From Eledone cirrhosa (lineage: Eukaryota): a stretch of DNA of 64,000 nt. The stretch spans positions 140,616,001-140,680,000 of the forward strand of contig OZ024741.1 of assembly GCA_964016885.1 (NCBI GenBank). The letters run 5' to 3'. The notes beneath the pieces were generated by a model. The model saw only the letters and a list, made by a program, of their open reading frames with translations. It had not been told where the DNA came from and did not search any database. The position numbers and the translations under genes are program-made. Positions 12,901 to 26,191 of this stretch are shown piece after piece (within the stretch, counting starts at the first letter, position 1; every line of letters starts with the position of its first letter).

Positions 12901-15900
12901 GTACCTGTATGCATATGTATGTATATATGTATATATATATATATATGTGCATGCTACTGTACGTCTGTATACATATATGTATGTACGTATACATGCATAC
13001 TTACATTTAAGTAAGTGCCATACTAAGAGTGAGAAATGAAATTTCGTTTTCATTTTGTTTCAATTTATCGTTTTCGGTATGCCTGACCGATTTAACTCAC
13101 TCAATATGCAAATTAGGCTGCTCAGCCGTTAATTTTCATAAGGAAAGTATATACTTTCGAACGTTCAACTATCTGGCAGATGGGTAAACGGTGCTGATGA
13201 TAGCTAACAAGCTTGAAACTAGTACATCGTTCCTGTGTCAGTGTTGAACAAAAAGGTGACGTGGTTGCCTTAACACCGTATGGCATAAATTCAGGCTGTT
13301 CAGTTTGTTTACAAACGAACAAAGCGACGTTATAATAAGCGCCGCTAAACTGATACGTGCATATATGTATGTGTACCTGTATGCATATGTATGTATATAT
13401 GTATATATATATATATATGTGCATGCTACTGTACGTCTGTATACATATATGTATGTACGTATACATGCATACTTACATTTAAGTAAGTGCCATACTAAGA
13501 GTGAGAAATGAAATTTCGTTTTCATTTTGTTTCAATTTATCGTTTTCGGTATGCCTGACCGATTTAACTCACTCAATATGCAAATTAGGCTGCTCAGCCG
13601 TTAATTTTCATAAGGAAAGTATATACTTTCGAACGTTCAACTATCTGGCAGATGGGTAAACGGTGCTGATGATAGCTAACAAGCTTGAAACTAGTACATC
13701 GTTCCTGTGTCAGTGTTGAACAAAAAGGTGACGTGGTTGCCTTAACACCGTATGGCATAAATTCAGGCTGTTCAGTTTGTTTACAAACGAACAAAGCGAC
13801 GTTATAATAAGCGCCGCTAAACTGATACGTGCATATATGTATGTGTACCTGTATGCATATGTATGTATATATGTATATATATATATATATGTGCATGCTA
13901 CTGTACGTCTGTATACATATATGTATGTACGTATACATGCATACTTACATTTAAGTAAGTGCCATACTAAGAGTGAGAAATGAAATTTCGTTTTCATTTT
14001 GTTTCAATTTATCGTTTTCGGTATGCCTGACCGATTTAACTCACTCAATATGCAAATTAGGCTGCTCAGCCGTTAATTTTCATAAGGAAAGTATATACTT
14101 TCGAACGTTCAACTATCTGGCAGATGGGTAAACGGTGCTGATGATAGCTAACAAGCTTGAAACTAGTACATCGTTCCTGTGTCAGTGTTGAACAAAAAGG
14201 TGACGTGGTTGCCTTAACATCGTATGGCATAAATTCAGGCTGTTCAGTTTGTTTACAAACGAACAAAGCGACGTTATAATAAGCGCCGCTAAACTGATAC
14301 GTGCATATATGTATGTGTACCTGTATGCATATGTATGTATATATGTATATATATATATATATGTGCATGCTACTGTACGTCTGTATACATATATGTATGT
14401 ACGTATACATGCATACTTACATTTAAGTAAGTGCCATACTAAGAGTGAGAAATGAAATTTCGTTTTCATTTTGTTTCAATTTATCGTTTTCGGTATGCCT
14501 GACCGATTTAACTCACTCAATATGCAAATTAGGCTGCTCAGCCGTTAATTTTCATAAGGAAAGTATATACTTTCGAACGTTCAACTATCTGGCAGATGGG
14601 TAAACGGTGCTGATGATAGCTAACAAGCTTGAAACTAGTACATCGTTCCTGTGTCAGTGTTGAACAAAAAGGTGACGTGGTTGCCTTAACACCGTATGGC
14701 ATAAATTCAGGCTGTTCAGTTTGTTTACAAACGAACAAAGCGACGTTATAATAAGCGCCGCTAAACTGATACGTGCATATATGTATGTGTACCTGTATGC
14801 ATATGTATGTATATATGTATATATATATATATATGTGCATGCTACTGTACGTCTGTATACATATATGTATGTACGTATACATGCATACTTACATTTAAGT
14901 AAGTGCCATACTAAGAGTGAGAAATGAAATTTCGTTTTCATTTTGTTTCAATTTATCGTTTTCGGTATGCCTGACCGATTTAACTCACTCAATATGCAAA
15001 TTAGGCTGCTCAGCCGTTAATTTTCATAAGGAAAGTATATACTTTCGAACGTTCAACTATCTGGCAGATGGGTAAACGGTGCTGATGATAGCTAACAAGC
15101 TTGAAACTAGTACATCGTTCCTGTGTCAGTGTTGAACAAAAAGGTGACGTGGTTGCCTTAACACCGTATGGCATAAATTCAGGCTGTTCAGTTTGTTTAC
15201 AAACGAACAAAGCGACGTTATAATAAGCGCCGCTAAACTGATACGTGCATATATGTATGTGTACCTGTATGCATATGTATGTATATATGTATATATATAT
15301 ATATATGTGCATGCTACTGTACGTCTGTATACATATATGTATGTACGTATACATGCATACTTACATTTAAGTAAGTGCCATACTAAGAGTGAGAAATGAA
15401 ATTTCGTTTTCATTTTGTTTCAATTTATCGTTTTCGGTATGCCTGACCGATTTAACTCACTCAATATGCAAATTAAGCTGCTCAGCCGTTAATTTTCATA
15501 AGGAAAGTATATACTTTCGAACGTTCAACTATCTGGCAGATGGGTAAACGGTGCTGATGATAGCTAACAAGCTTGAAACTAGTACATCGTTCCTGTGTCA
15601 GTGTTGAACAAAAAGGTGACGTGGTTTCCTTAACACCGTATGGCATAAATTCAGGCTGTTCAGTTTGTTTACAAACGAACAAAGCGACGTTATAATAAGC
15701 GCCGCTAAACTGATACGTGCATATATGTATGTGTACCTGTATGCATATGTATGTATATATGTATATATATATATATATGTGCATGCTACTGTACGTCTGT
15801 ATACATATATGTATGTACGTATACATGCATACTTACATTTAAGTAAGTGCCATACTAAGAGTGAGAAATGAAATTTCGTTTTCATTTTGTTTCAATTTAT

Positions 15901-18900
15901 CGTTTTCGGTATGCCTGACCGATTTAACTCACTCAATATGCAAATTAGGCTGCTCAGCCGTTAATTTTCATAAGGAAAGTATATACTTTCGAACGTTCAA
16001 CTATCTGGCAGATGGGTAAACGGTGCTGATGATAGCTAACAAGCTTGAAACTAGTACATCGTTCCTGTGTCAGTGTTGAACAAAAAGGTGACGTGGTTGC
16101 CTTAACACCGTATGGCATAAATTCAGGCTGTTCAGTTTGTTTACAAACGAACAAAGCGACGTTATAATAAGCGCCGCTAAACTGATACGTGCATATATGT
16201 ATGTGTACCTGTATGCATATGTATGTATATATGTATATATATATATATATGTGCATGCTACTGTACGTCTGTATACATATATGTATGTACGTATACATGC
16301 ATACTTACATTTAAGTAAGTGCCATACTAAGAGTGAGAAATGAAATTTGGTTTTCATTTTGTTTCAATTTATCGTTTTCGGTATGCCTGACCGATTTAAC
16401 TCACTCAATATGCAAATTAGGCTGCTCAGCCGTTAATTTTCATAAGGAAAGTATATACTTTCGAACGTTCAACTATCTGGCAGATGGGTAAACGGTGCTG
16501 ATGATAGCTAACAAGCTTGAAACTAGTACATCGTTCCTGTGTCAGTGTTGAACAAAAAGGTGACGTGGTTGCCTTAACACCGTATGGCATAAATTCAGGC
16601 TGTTCAGTTTGTTTACAAACGAACAAAGCGACGTTATAATAAGCGCCGCTAAACTGATACGTGCATATATGTATGTGTACCTGTATGCATATGTATGTAT
16701 ATATGTATATATATATATATATGTGCATGCTACTGTACGTCTGTATACATATATGTATGTACGTATACATGCATACTTACATTTAAGTAAGTGCCATACT
16801 AAGAGTGAGAAATGAAATTTCGTTTTCATTTTGTTTCAATTTATCGTTTTCGGTATGCCTGACCGATTTAACTCACTCAATATGCAAATTAGGCTGCTCA
16901 GCCGTTAATTTTCATAAGGAAAGTATATACTTTCGAACGTTCAACTATCTGGCAGATGGGTAAACGGTGCTGATGATAGCTAACAAGCTTGAAACTAGTA
17001 CATCGTTCCTGTGTCAGTGTTGAACAAAAAGGTGACGTGGTTTCCTTAACACCGTATGGCATAAATTCAGGCTGTTCAGTTTGTTTACAAACGAACAAAG
17101 CGACGTTATAATAAGCGCCGCTAAACTGATACGTGCATATATGTATGTGTACCTGTATGCATATGTATGTATATATGTATATATATATATATATGTGCAT
17201 GCTACTGTACGTCTGTATACATATATGTATGTACGTATACATGCATACTTACATTTAAGTAAGTGCCATACTAAGAGTGAGAAATGAAATTTCGTTTTCA
17301 TTTTGTTTCAATTTATCGTTTTCGGTATGCCTGACCGATTTAACTCACTCAATATGCAAATTAGGCTGCTCAGCCGTTAATTTTCATAAGGAAAGTATAT
17401 ACTTTCGAACGTTCAACTATCTGGCAGATGGGTAAACGGTGCTGATGATAGCTAACAAGCTTGAAACTAGTACATCGTTCCTGTGTCAGTGTTGAACAAA
17501 AAGGTGACGTGGTTGCCTTAACACCGTATGGCATAAATTCAGGCTGTTCAGTTTGTTTACAAACGAACAAAGCGACGTTATAATAAGCGCCGCTAAACTG
17601 ATACGTGCATATATGTATGTGTACCTGTATGCATATGTATGTATATATGTATATATATATATATATGTGCATGCTACTGTACGTCTGTATACATATATGT
17701 ATGTACGTATACATGCATACTTACATTTAAGTAAGTGCCATACTAAGAGTGAGAAATGAAATTTCGTTTTCATTTTGTTTCAATTTATCGTTTTCGGTAT
17801 GCCTGACCGATTTAACTCACTCAATATGCAAATTAGGCTGCTCAGCCGTTAATTTTCATAAGGAAAGTATATACTTTCGAACGTTCAACTATCTGGCAGA
17901 TGGGTAAACGGTGCTGATGATAGCTAACAAGCTTGAAACTAGTACATCGTTCCTGTGTCAGTGTTGAACAAAAAGGTGACGTGGTTGCCTTAACACCGTA
18001 TGGCATAAATTCAGGCTGTTCAGTTTGTTTACAAACGAACAAAGCGACGTTATAATAAGCGCCGCTAAACTGATACGTGCATATATGTATGTGTACCTGT
18101 ATGCATATGTATGTATATATGTATATATATATATATATGTGCATGCTACTGTACGTCTGTATACATATATGTATGTACGTATACATGCATACTTACATTT
18201 AAGTAAGTGCCATACTAAGAGTGAGAAATGAAATTTCGTTTTCATTTTGTTTCAATTTATCGTTTTCGGTATGCCTGACCGATTTAACTCACTCAATATG
18301 CAAATTAGGCTGCTCAGCCGTTAATTTTCATAAGGAAAGTATATACTTTCGAACGTTCAACTATCTGGCAGATGGGTAAACGGTGCTGATGATAGCTAAC
18401 AAGCTTGAAACTAGTACATCGTTCCTGTGTCAGTGTTGAACAAAAAGGTGACGTGGTTTCCTTAACACCGTATGGCATAAATTCAGGCTGTTCAGTTTGT
18501 TTACAAACGAACAAAGCGACGTTATAATAAGCGCCGCTAAACTGATACGTGCATATATGTATGTGTACCTGTATGCATATGTATGTATATATGTATATAT
18601 ATATATATATGTGCATGCTACTGTACGTCTGTATACATATATGTATGTACGTATACATGCATACTTACATTTAAGTAAGTGCCATACTAAGAGTGAGAAA
18701 TGAAATTTCGTTTTCATTTTGTTTCAATTTATCGTTTTCGGTATGCCTGACCGATTTAACTCACTCAATATGCAAATTAGGCTGCTCAGCCGTTAATTTT
18801 CATAAGGAAAGTATATACTTTCGAACGTTCAACTATCTGGCAGATGGGTAAACGGTGCTGATGATAGCTAACAAGCTTGAAACTAGTACATCGTTCCTGT

Positions 18901-19322
18901 GTCAGTGTTGAACAAAAAGGTGACGTGGTTGCCTTAACACCGTATGGCATAAATTCAGGCTGTTCAGTTTGTTTACAAACGAACAAAGCGACGTTATAAT
19001 AAGCGCCGCTAAACTGATACGTGCATATATGTATGTGTACCTGTATGCATATGTATGTATATATGTATATATATATATATATGTGCATGCTACTGTACGT
19101 CTGTATACATATATGTATGTACGTATACATGCATACTTACATTTAAGTAAGTGCCATACTAAGAGTGAGAAATGAAATTTCGTTTTCATTTTGTTTCAAT
19201 TTATCGTTTTCGGTATGCCTGACCGATTTAACTCACTCAATATGCAAATTAGGCTGCTCAGCCGTTAATTTTCATAAGGAAAGTATATACTTTCGAACGT
19301 TCAACTATCTGGCAGATGGGTA

Positions 19323-19367
19323 AACGGTGCTGATGATAGCTAACAAGCTTGAAACTAGTACATCGTT
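19323..19367 (+). ncRNA. Minimal type I hammerhead ribozyme, last (40th) copy; predicted cleavage after A19360
   Basis: Identical to 923-967. Confidence 0.88.
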
Positions 19368-19612
19368 CCTGTGTCAGTGTTGAACAAAAAGGTGACGTGG
19401 TTGCCTTAACACCGTATGGCATAAATTCAGGCTGTTCAGTTTGTTTACAAACGAACAAAGCGACGTTATAATAAGCGCCGCTAAACTGATACGTGCATAT
19501 ATGTATGTGTACCTGTATGCATATGTATGTATATATGTATATATATATATATATGTGCATGCTACTGTACGTCTGTATACATATATGTATGTACGTATAC
19601 ATGCATACTTAC

Positions 19613-19643
<31 letters not shown>

Positions 19644-19717
19644 CGTGTGTGTCTGTGTCTATGTGTGTATGTGTGTGTGTGTAACTAATGGACAAACAGA
19701 ATTCATTAAATTTTGGA

Positions 19718-19748
<31 letters not shown>

Positions 19749-20248
19749 TCTGTCTATCTATGAACGAAGACTATAAAACAGGAACTACTTAGAATAATGT
19801 CATTCTTCACAAATATGAAATATAATATATTTTCTCTCGTTTTCTCTAATGCCGAGACTGTCGTTTGACATGTTTGAAAATATATTTGTCAGTGATGTAT
19901 ATTTGATACACTGGTCGTAAACTATGTTACTAATGAGTCATATAGGTATATTATAAATATAGCTGCAGTGTAGAAAGCACTATATTATTACTGACGCTGT
20001 AAATTAATCTCAAGACATTAAAGAATACGTTAACTAATGGATAAACAGAATTCATTAAATTTTGGAATGCTGACATATTTATGGGCGTAGGCGTAGATAT
20101 GCTCTGAAAATAGTTCTGTTTGCATATGCATTATTACAGATGGAGCAGCATTAGGTGGCAGCTTAAGCAAGATACTTCTGTGATATATTTGCATGGAAGA
20201 GTAGATATTATAGTACTCGATCGGGCAAATAATTTGATCAAATAATCG

Positions 20249-20281
<33 letters not shown>

Positions 20282-20357
20282 CGAAGGAATTGTGGTAAGG
20301 AACCCGATGGACCATAACGCACCAAAGTACTCAATACTTAGGGTAGTAGAGTGGGTA

Positions 20358-20474
20358 ATAGGAAAAAGTATGACCTCCGGCGGCAGAGCTCAAGCCGTTT
20401 CGACGGCTATTTCTGGACTAAAATAGCCGTTGAAACGGCTTGAGCTCTGCCGTCGTGGTCATACCTCTTCCTAT
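20358..20474. repeat. GC-rich ~55-bp-arm inverted repeat (fold-back) at the end of a short (TA)n-flanked insertion (20281-20471)
   Basis: ggaaaaagtatgacc...cggctattt, an 8-nt loop ctggacta, then aaatagccg...ggtcatacctcttcc, with few mismatches. Confidence 0.85.
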
Positions 20475-21376
20475 ATATATATATATATATATATCGAGAA
20501 AAGAACGCGTGCCTATTCTGTCGGCCATCTTGGAAAGTGGCTTGTCAATGATAGCTTCGGCACAAGAGAGGTTTACGAAGGGATACAACTAATGTATAGT
20601 GAGTATACGTGCGCCTGTGCGTGTTCCTGCACGTGCGTGCATGTGTGTGCGCGTGAAGGTGTGTTCAGCTGTTTGAAGGAGAGCCATGACGGGTTAGAAA
20701 CTGGCTATTAAGAGAGGTTCAAGTTGGCTCCTGAACAACATAATGGGGTGTATAGGAATGTATATGAACTTCAATATATACGTAGATAAACATACACATA
20801 ACAGCAGCGGACAGTGAAAAAAATGTATAGGCCGATATATTTTATAACCCGGTATGGTTGAAAGGAAAGAAGCATAGCTTCGCATACAACAATATTGTAG
20901 TACACCCGTAAACGGTTAAGCTGCTCGGTGTGAGGTCATTACGTGCATGGATGGAGCCGGGAAATGGTGGGGTTGCAGCAACTGTTAGGAAACATTCACC
21001 ACTGGGTGCCATGCAAAATCAGATGAGCGCGCAAGAGAATCAAGCACACATGGATGTGAGCACAGGAAGGTGTGTCAGTGGTGTGTGAGGGAAGGTGCAC
21101 AAACATTTGCAAGCATCCGGTAGTGTAGGATATATGGTTAGGTGCATGCAAAAGTGGATGTGAGTGGAGTGCTAAGTAGGGATGTTGTAAATCTGGGTGT
21201 TTATTGTGTGGTGGCTGGAGTTGTATATGTGTGTGTATGTGTGTGTGTGTTTATGTGCGTGTATTTGCGTGTGAGAGCAAGGGTAAGGGGAGGCTAAAGC
21301 AACTAGAGGGGGGGGGGGGTTAGTATAACCGGAAAAGAGGTCATATATCAACATACGTACAAACACACAAGCATAT

Positions 21377-21383
<7 letters not shown>

Positions 21384-21443
<60 letters not shown>

Positions 21444-21861
21444 CTATTTATAAATATGTGTATATATATATGTTTGTATATATATATATAGATATATATA
21501 TATATATATATATAATATATATATATATAATATAATATATATATATATATATATAATATATATACATATATATAATATATATTTATATATATATATATAA
21601 TATATATATATATAATATAATATATATATATATATAATATAATATATATATATATATAATATAATATATATATAATATAATATATATATATATATAATAT
21701 AATATATATATATATATATATATATAATATAATATATATATATATATATATAATATAATATATATATATAATATAATATATATATATATATATATATAAT
21801 ATAATATATATATATATATATAATATAATATATATATATATATATAATATAATATATATAT

Positions 21862-21915
<54 letters not shown>

Positions 21916-21920
21916 AAAAC
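21384..21920. repeat. Long almost pure A/T tract: (TA)n interleaved with TATAA units
   Basis: Seen directly in the sequence. Confidence 0.95.
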
Positions 21921-22729
21921 ACACAGCCACACACATATTCACACAGACACAGACACACATACACACGCACATTTTGGTTTCATTATACTGTAATTTTCTG
22001 CAAAAATAACTATTTATGAGGTATGTTGAAACGTTCTACTTTGAATACCTATTGAATAATTTTGTTCTTGTAAGCAATATTAATTTTGAAAATTATTTGG
22101 AATGAAGGAGATTCAATTAAAAATATGTTTGTTTTAAATTATTCCCGCAAATCATTTTCCCGAAATATATTTCCAGAAATGTATAGCATTTAATTACTTG
22201 ACCTTAAAGCAAATATACTCCCACCAACGTTCATACAGATATAGGCAGCGACCCACACATAATGCAGAAAAATAAGCATGATAATATTAGTACGCTTTAC
22301 ATATATATATAGAGAGAGATTCATAGGAGATTCATAAATAGATAGATAGATAGATAGATAAATAGATAGATTGATAGATAGATAGATTCATAGATAGATA
22401 GATAGATTCATAGATAGATAGATAGATAGATAGATATGTTTCTTTTATTTGCCACCAGGGCATCAAAAGTGGGACAAGTACAAAGGAGGGAGTTTACACA
22501 AAAAGGCGTCCTCAATAAGGAGGAGGCAATAACAAAATATAAAAATAAAATAAAATATAACAAAAAATAAAATTTATAACAAAATCCTCAATAGAGAGGA
22601 GGCGCCTTGGGGAGTCGCACACACCCCCGAAAAAAGTGTGCAACCCTTTTCCTCAGGAGCACAGAGAGGGGGTGCTCCCTCGTTCCTTCCTCTTTTCCAC
22701 CTACAGGCTTATGTAAAGAGAAGGCCCAT

Positions 22730-25700
22730 TCACACGGGCCATCTCGCCACTTTCACCCACCTTTCATAAAAACGACTGGGGTGGAGCACCTCTCTCTCCA
22801 TCCTGATCCTTCTTCCGAAATGATATCGGAAGAAACGGACCAGTTGTTGGCCAGAGAGAAAGGTGCCTGACCTCAGTCCTTTCAGACGCGTCCACCATAC
22901 AACCTCTTTCGCCATGGCTATTACGCACAGAAACACCGCCTCTGCTTCATCTTTGAAGGGGGGAGGCGGCTTGATCATTACAATAGACTCGGTGGTCAAC
23001 CGGATCGGTCCCACCCTTGACAGCAGTTGTTCGACATAGCCCCACAGATCGGCAATGCCCGAGTAGTGTACCAATGCGTGTGCAACGGTTTCCTCGTCGC
23101 ACACATATCTGGGACAGATCTTTTTGGCGGAGTCCCTACCCGGGAGCCCGTGTCTGTAGAGCCTTTCTCGAACGGGTAAAGCCCCTCGGTAGCACTGCCA
23201 GGCCAGGGACTTCTGGAAGTTGTCCATAGGTCCCGGGCTGAATGTCCTACCGAACAGGCTGGCCAGTTCGTCCTCCTCCATGTCTAGGGCTTCTCCGAGG
23301 GTGTTGTCGCACCTGCTGCGTACCAGCCCTCTATAGAATGTTGCGGTGGAATCTCCACTGATAATCGGATCCGCCTGCCAGAGGGCGGTGAGCGCCTGGG
23401 CACACTCAGTGTGCCAGGCGCCCAGTTTTCTCGGTCTTTGCTTGACCCAGGATTGCAGCTCGGTGAGTGAGACGAGTCTGGGAAAGGTTCGTCTCACAAA
23501 CGAGGCCCACACCGGTTGACCGGTGAGGAATACGTAGAGGTGCCGTAGCCTTAATGCGTGTTTACGCATCATTAGCCACGGCATCCCCAGCCCTCCTTTC
23601 GAAGGGTGTTGACAGCAGATGGATCTCCTCACCATAGTAGCCCGCCTGTTCCAAATGAATTGGAAGAGTGCGCGCTCCATCTTGGTGAGGGTTTCCCTTG
23701 GGCAGGGCATTACGGTCAGGTGGTAGTAGATGACGGACGCTATGTAGGTGTTCGCCACCTCCGCCCGACCTTTCAGGGATAGTTTGCAACTGGCCCACTT
23801 CTGGGTCAGTGCAAACACCCTGTTCGTAACCTCCATCCACTTTTTCTCCACCTGGAGATCCGGTCCGAACCAGACCCCGAGCAACTTCACCGGGCCCTCC
23901 GTCCAGCGTCCGACGACGCCATCGGAGGGCATCGGTCTGCCCCTCCACGTGCCGAGTTGCAAACCGATCGACTTGTCCCGGTTCAGCTTAGCCCCTGTGA
24001 ACCTTTCGTACTCCTCCAGTAAGGTGCCGACCGCCTCGATTTCGGAGGCCGTCGACACCATTACTGTCACGTCATCGACGTAGGCCGACACCGCTTTCCG
24101 CAATCCCGGTTCCAAAGGGATGCCCTGCAACAACTCCAACTTCCGCAGTAGTGGCTCGAGAGTCAACACATACAGAAGGGAGGAAAGAGGGCACCCTTGT
24201 CGGATGGACCGCGCGATTTTGAACGGCTCCGAGAGGTAGCCGTTCACCTTGACCCTAGAGCAGATGTGGCTGCTGTGCATGGCATTGATCCAGCCCCTGA
24301 AAACGGGTCCGAAGCCTGCCGCCGCTAGCACCGCATCCAGGTAACCATGGTCGACCCTATCGAATGCCTTAGATTGATCCAAGTTGATCAGGGCCCCACC
24401 AAAGCCGGGTTCGTTCCCAACCCTCTCTATGATGTATCGCATGAAGTGGAGTTTATCGTGGATGGACCTGGACGGGATAGCACATGTCTGCGCATCTCCC
24501 ACCAGGTTGCCCACGACAAGCGCCAACCTCTTTGCTAGCACCTTTGCCAAAATCTGTAACTCTGTATTTAGCATAGTTATGGGCCTGAAGTTACTTATTT
24601 CGTCCCCCTTGTTCTCGTCCTTCCTCACTAGCGTGACTACGCCCTTGGTCACAGTACAGGGAATTCTCCCGTTATGTTGCCAGTTGCAGTAGACCGCCTC
24701 GAGGAGATCGGGGAACAAGTCCGGCATAGCTAGATATAATTCGTAAGGAAGACCATCGAGACCCGGGGATTTGCGTTTGCCGCATTGGCTCAGCACGTCC
24801 TCTATCTCAGCGGCCGAAATCGGCTCCTCGCAGGACTTCGCCTCCCTGTCCGAGAGGCGCGGCAGGCCGTCGAAGTATGGACCGAAGTCCACGTTCCCAA
24901 CCGGCTCCCCGCCCCTCCCGAACAGTCGGGCAAAGTGCCTTTGAAAGGCCTCACACATCTGCTTAGGCTCAAGAATCGCCCGTCCATCCAGGTCTCGCAA
25001 AGACCGGATGGTGGATTTAGTTCCACTGTTGGCCTCTGTCACGCGGGCCCAGCTAACAGCTTTGGTCCCCTCGTTCCCTAGAGCACGTATTTTACTTCGG
25101 ACAACGCAGCCTTCGTGCTTCGCGTCGAAAAACTGGCTCAAAGCCGTTCTCGACGCTAGCACTCTGGCCACGTCGCCGCTTCTAATAGCCTCTTCTACTC
25201 TATCTATTAGCTCCCTTTCCTTCCTATTCCTATCCGCAGCTAGAACCTTACTAAATTCTATAGAGACTACTCTAATCTCTCTCTTTAGAGATACCAACCA
25301 CCTGCTGTTGACGATCGCTCCAGTCAACCGTTCCTTAACTAACGTACTAATCCGATCCCTGTAGGCTCTACTTGCCGGCAAGGACAAGTTGAGCTTCCAG
25401 TAACCGGGGCCCTGTCTATGCGTTCTATCAAGGTTGACCATGCAGGTCACCAACTTGTGGTCTGAATAGCCAACCATGAGCATTTCTGGACAACTTAAAA
25501 AGTCCCTGTCCTTATTTCTAACTAAAAATCTATCTAGGTACGACCTAGATGATCCGCTGCCATTTGACCAAGACCAGGTTGGCACCGTCGGAAAATCTAG
25601 TCGAAATCTATCGGCCAGGTCAAATCGGCCGAGTAACCCTTGAGGCTGTTGCACCCCTCTCTATCGGGACATGCCCCTGCATAGTCCCAACGTGCATCCA

Positions 25701-26136
25701 GGATACCATTCCAATCCCCCACTAAAAGCAGGGAACGGGACGTCCCTAGAAAAGACTCCAGACGCTGGAAAAGGTCGGGCCGCTCAGTCCCAAAAGGGGC
25801 ATATGCGGCTACCAGCCTAAAGGCTCTACCTTCACCACTGCCAAGGTCCAGCACCACCAGTCGACCCCCTGGGTCCAAGTGAACTATCTGTGTTGCAAGG
25901 CCCATATGTTTTTGCAGCAGAACGACAACCCCACCCCCACCTCCGGGCTGACAGAGAGATGCGTGCATCTCAAAGTCGTCAAAGGTGGGGGCTAGCTGTC
26001 GCATGCTGCTGATCCGGGCCTCGCAGATAACCATCACATTTATAGATTGTGACCTGAGGTCATTTAGAAGCATTGCTTGCTTCCAAGATGAGCCCAGGCC
26101 ACGCGCATTTAGACACCCTACTCATAGCACAGCCAT
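22730..26136 (-). pseudogene. ORF2 of copy A (APE endonuclease + reverse transcriptase), frameshifted near 25640 and near the C-terminus
   Basis: Motifs CLNARGL, LVGDWN, SYLDRF, YSDH, KSPGLDGL, NFRPITMLN, LDQSKAFDRV, IRQGCPLS and AYVDD. ORF pieces are 25597-26073 (extendable to the ATG at 26136) and 22730-25654. Confidence 0.92.
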
Positions 26137-26191
26137 GTTGGTGGTAAGGAGAAAAGGCACTTACCTCTCTGCGTCCCGGGAAACGGGGCGC

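Larger units (their letters stand above)
489..19614 (+). repeat. Tandem array of ~472-bp hammerhead-containing monomers (40 full units plus ~250 bp partial); retrozyme-like satellite
   Basis: The period is read directly from the sequence and from the repeating ORF track (858, 1330, 1800 ... 19258). Unit length is 464-476 bp, varying only in the internal (TA)n run, with few point variants. The array ends in (TA)n at ~19614. Confidence 0.98.

Noticed and set aside
489-19614. Array as a CRISPR locus or an assembly artefact
   Set aside because: There are no variable spacers or cas genes. Unit-specific and periodic variants argue against simple collapse or duplication, though copy number still needs read support.
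22-19776. About 110 repeated ORFs (MKTKFHF..., MYTYIHI..., MFTNEQS...) over the array
   Set aside because: They are YI/YT-rich translations of TA/CA microsatellite, the frames shift freely with (TA)n length, and no domain is recognisable. Not a tandem gene family.
21440-21972. 176-aa and 129-aa Ile/Tyr ORFs (likewise 59053-59536 and 56504-56926)
   Set aside because: Translations of microsatellite tracts.
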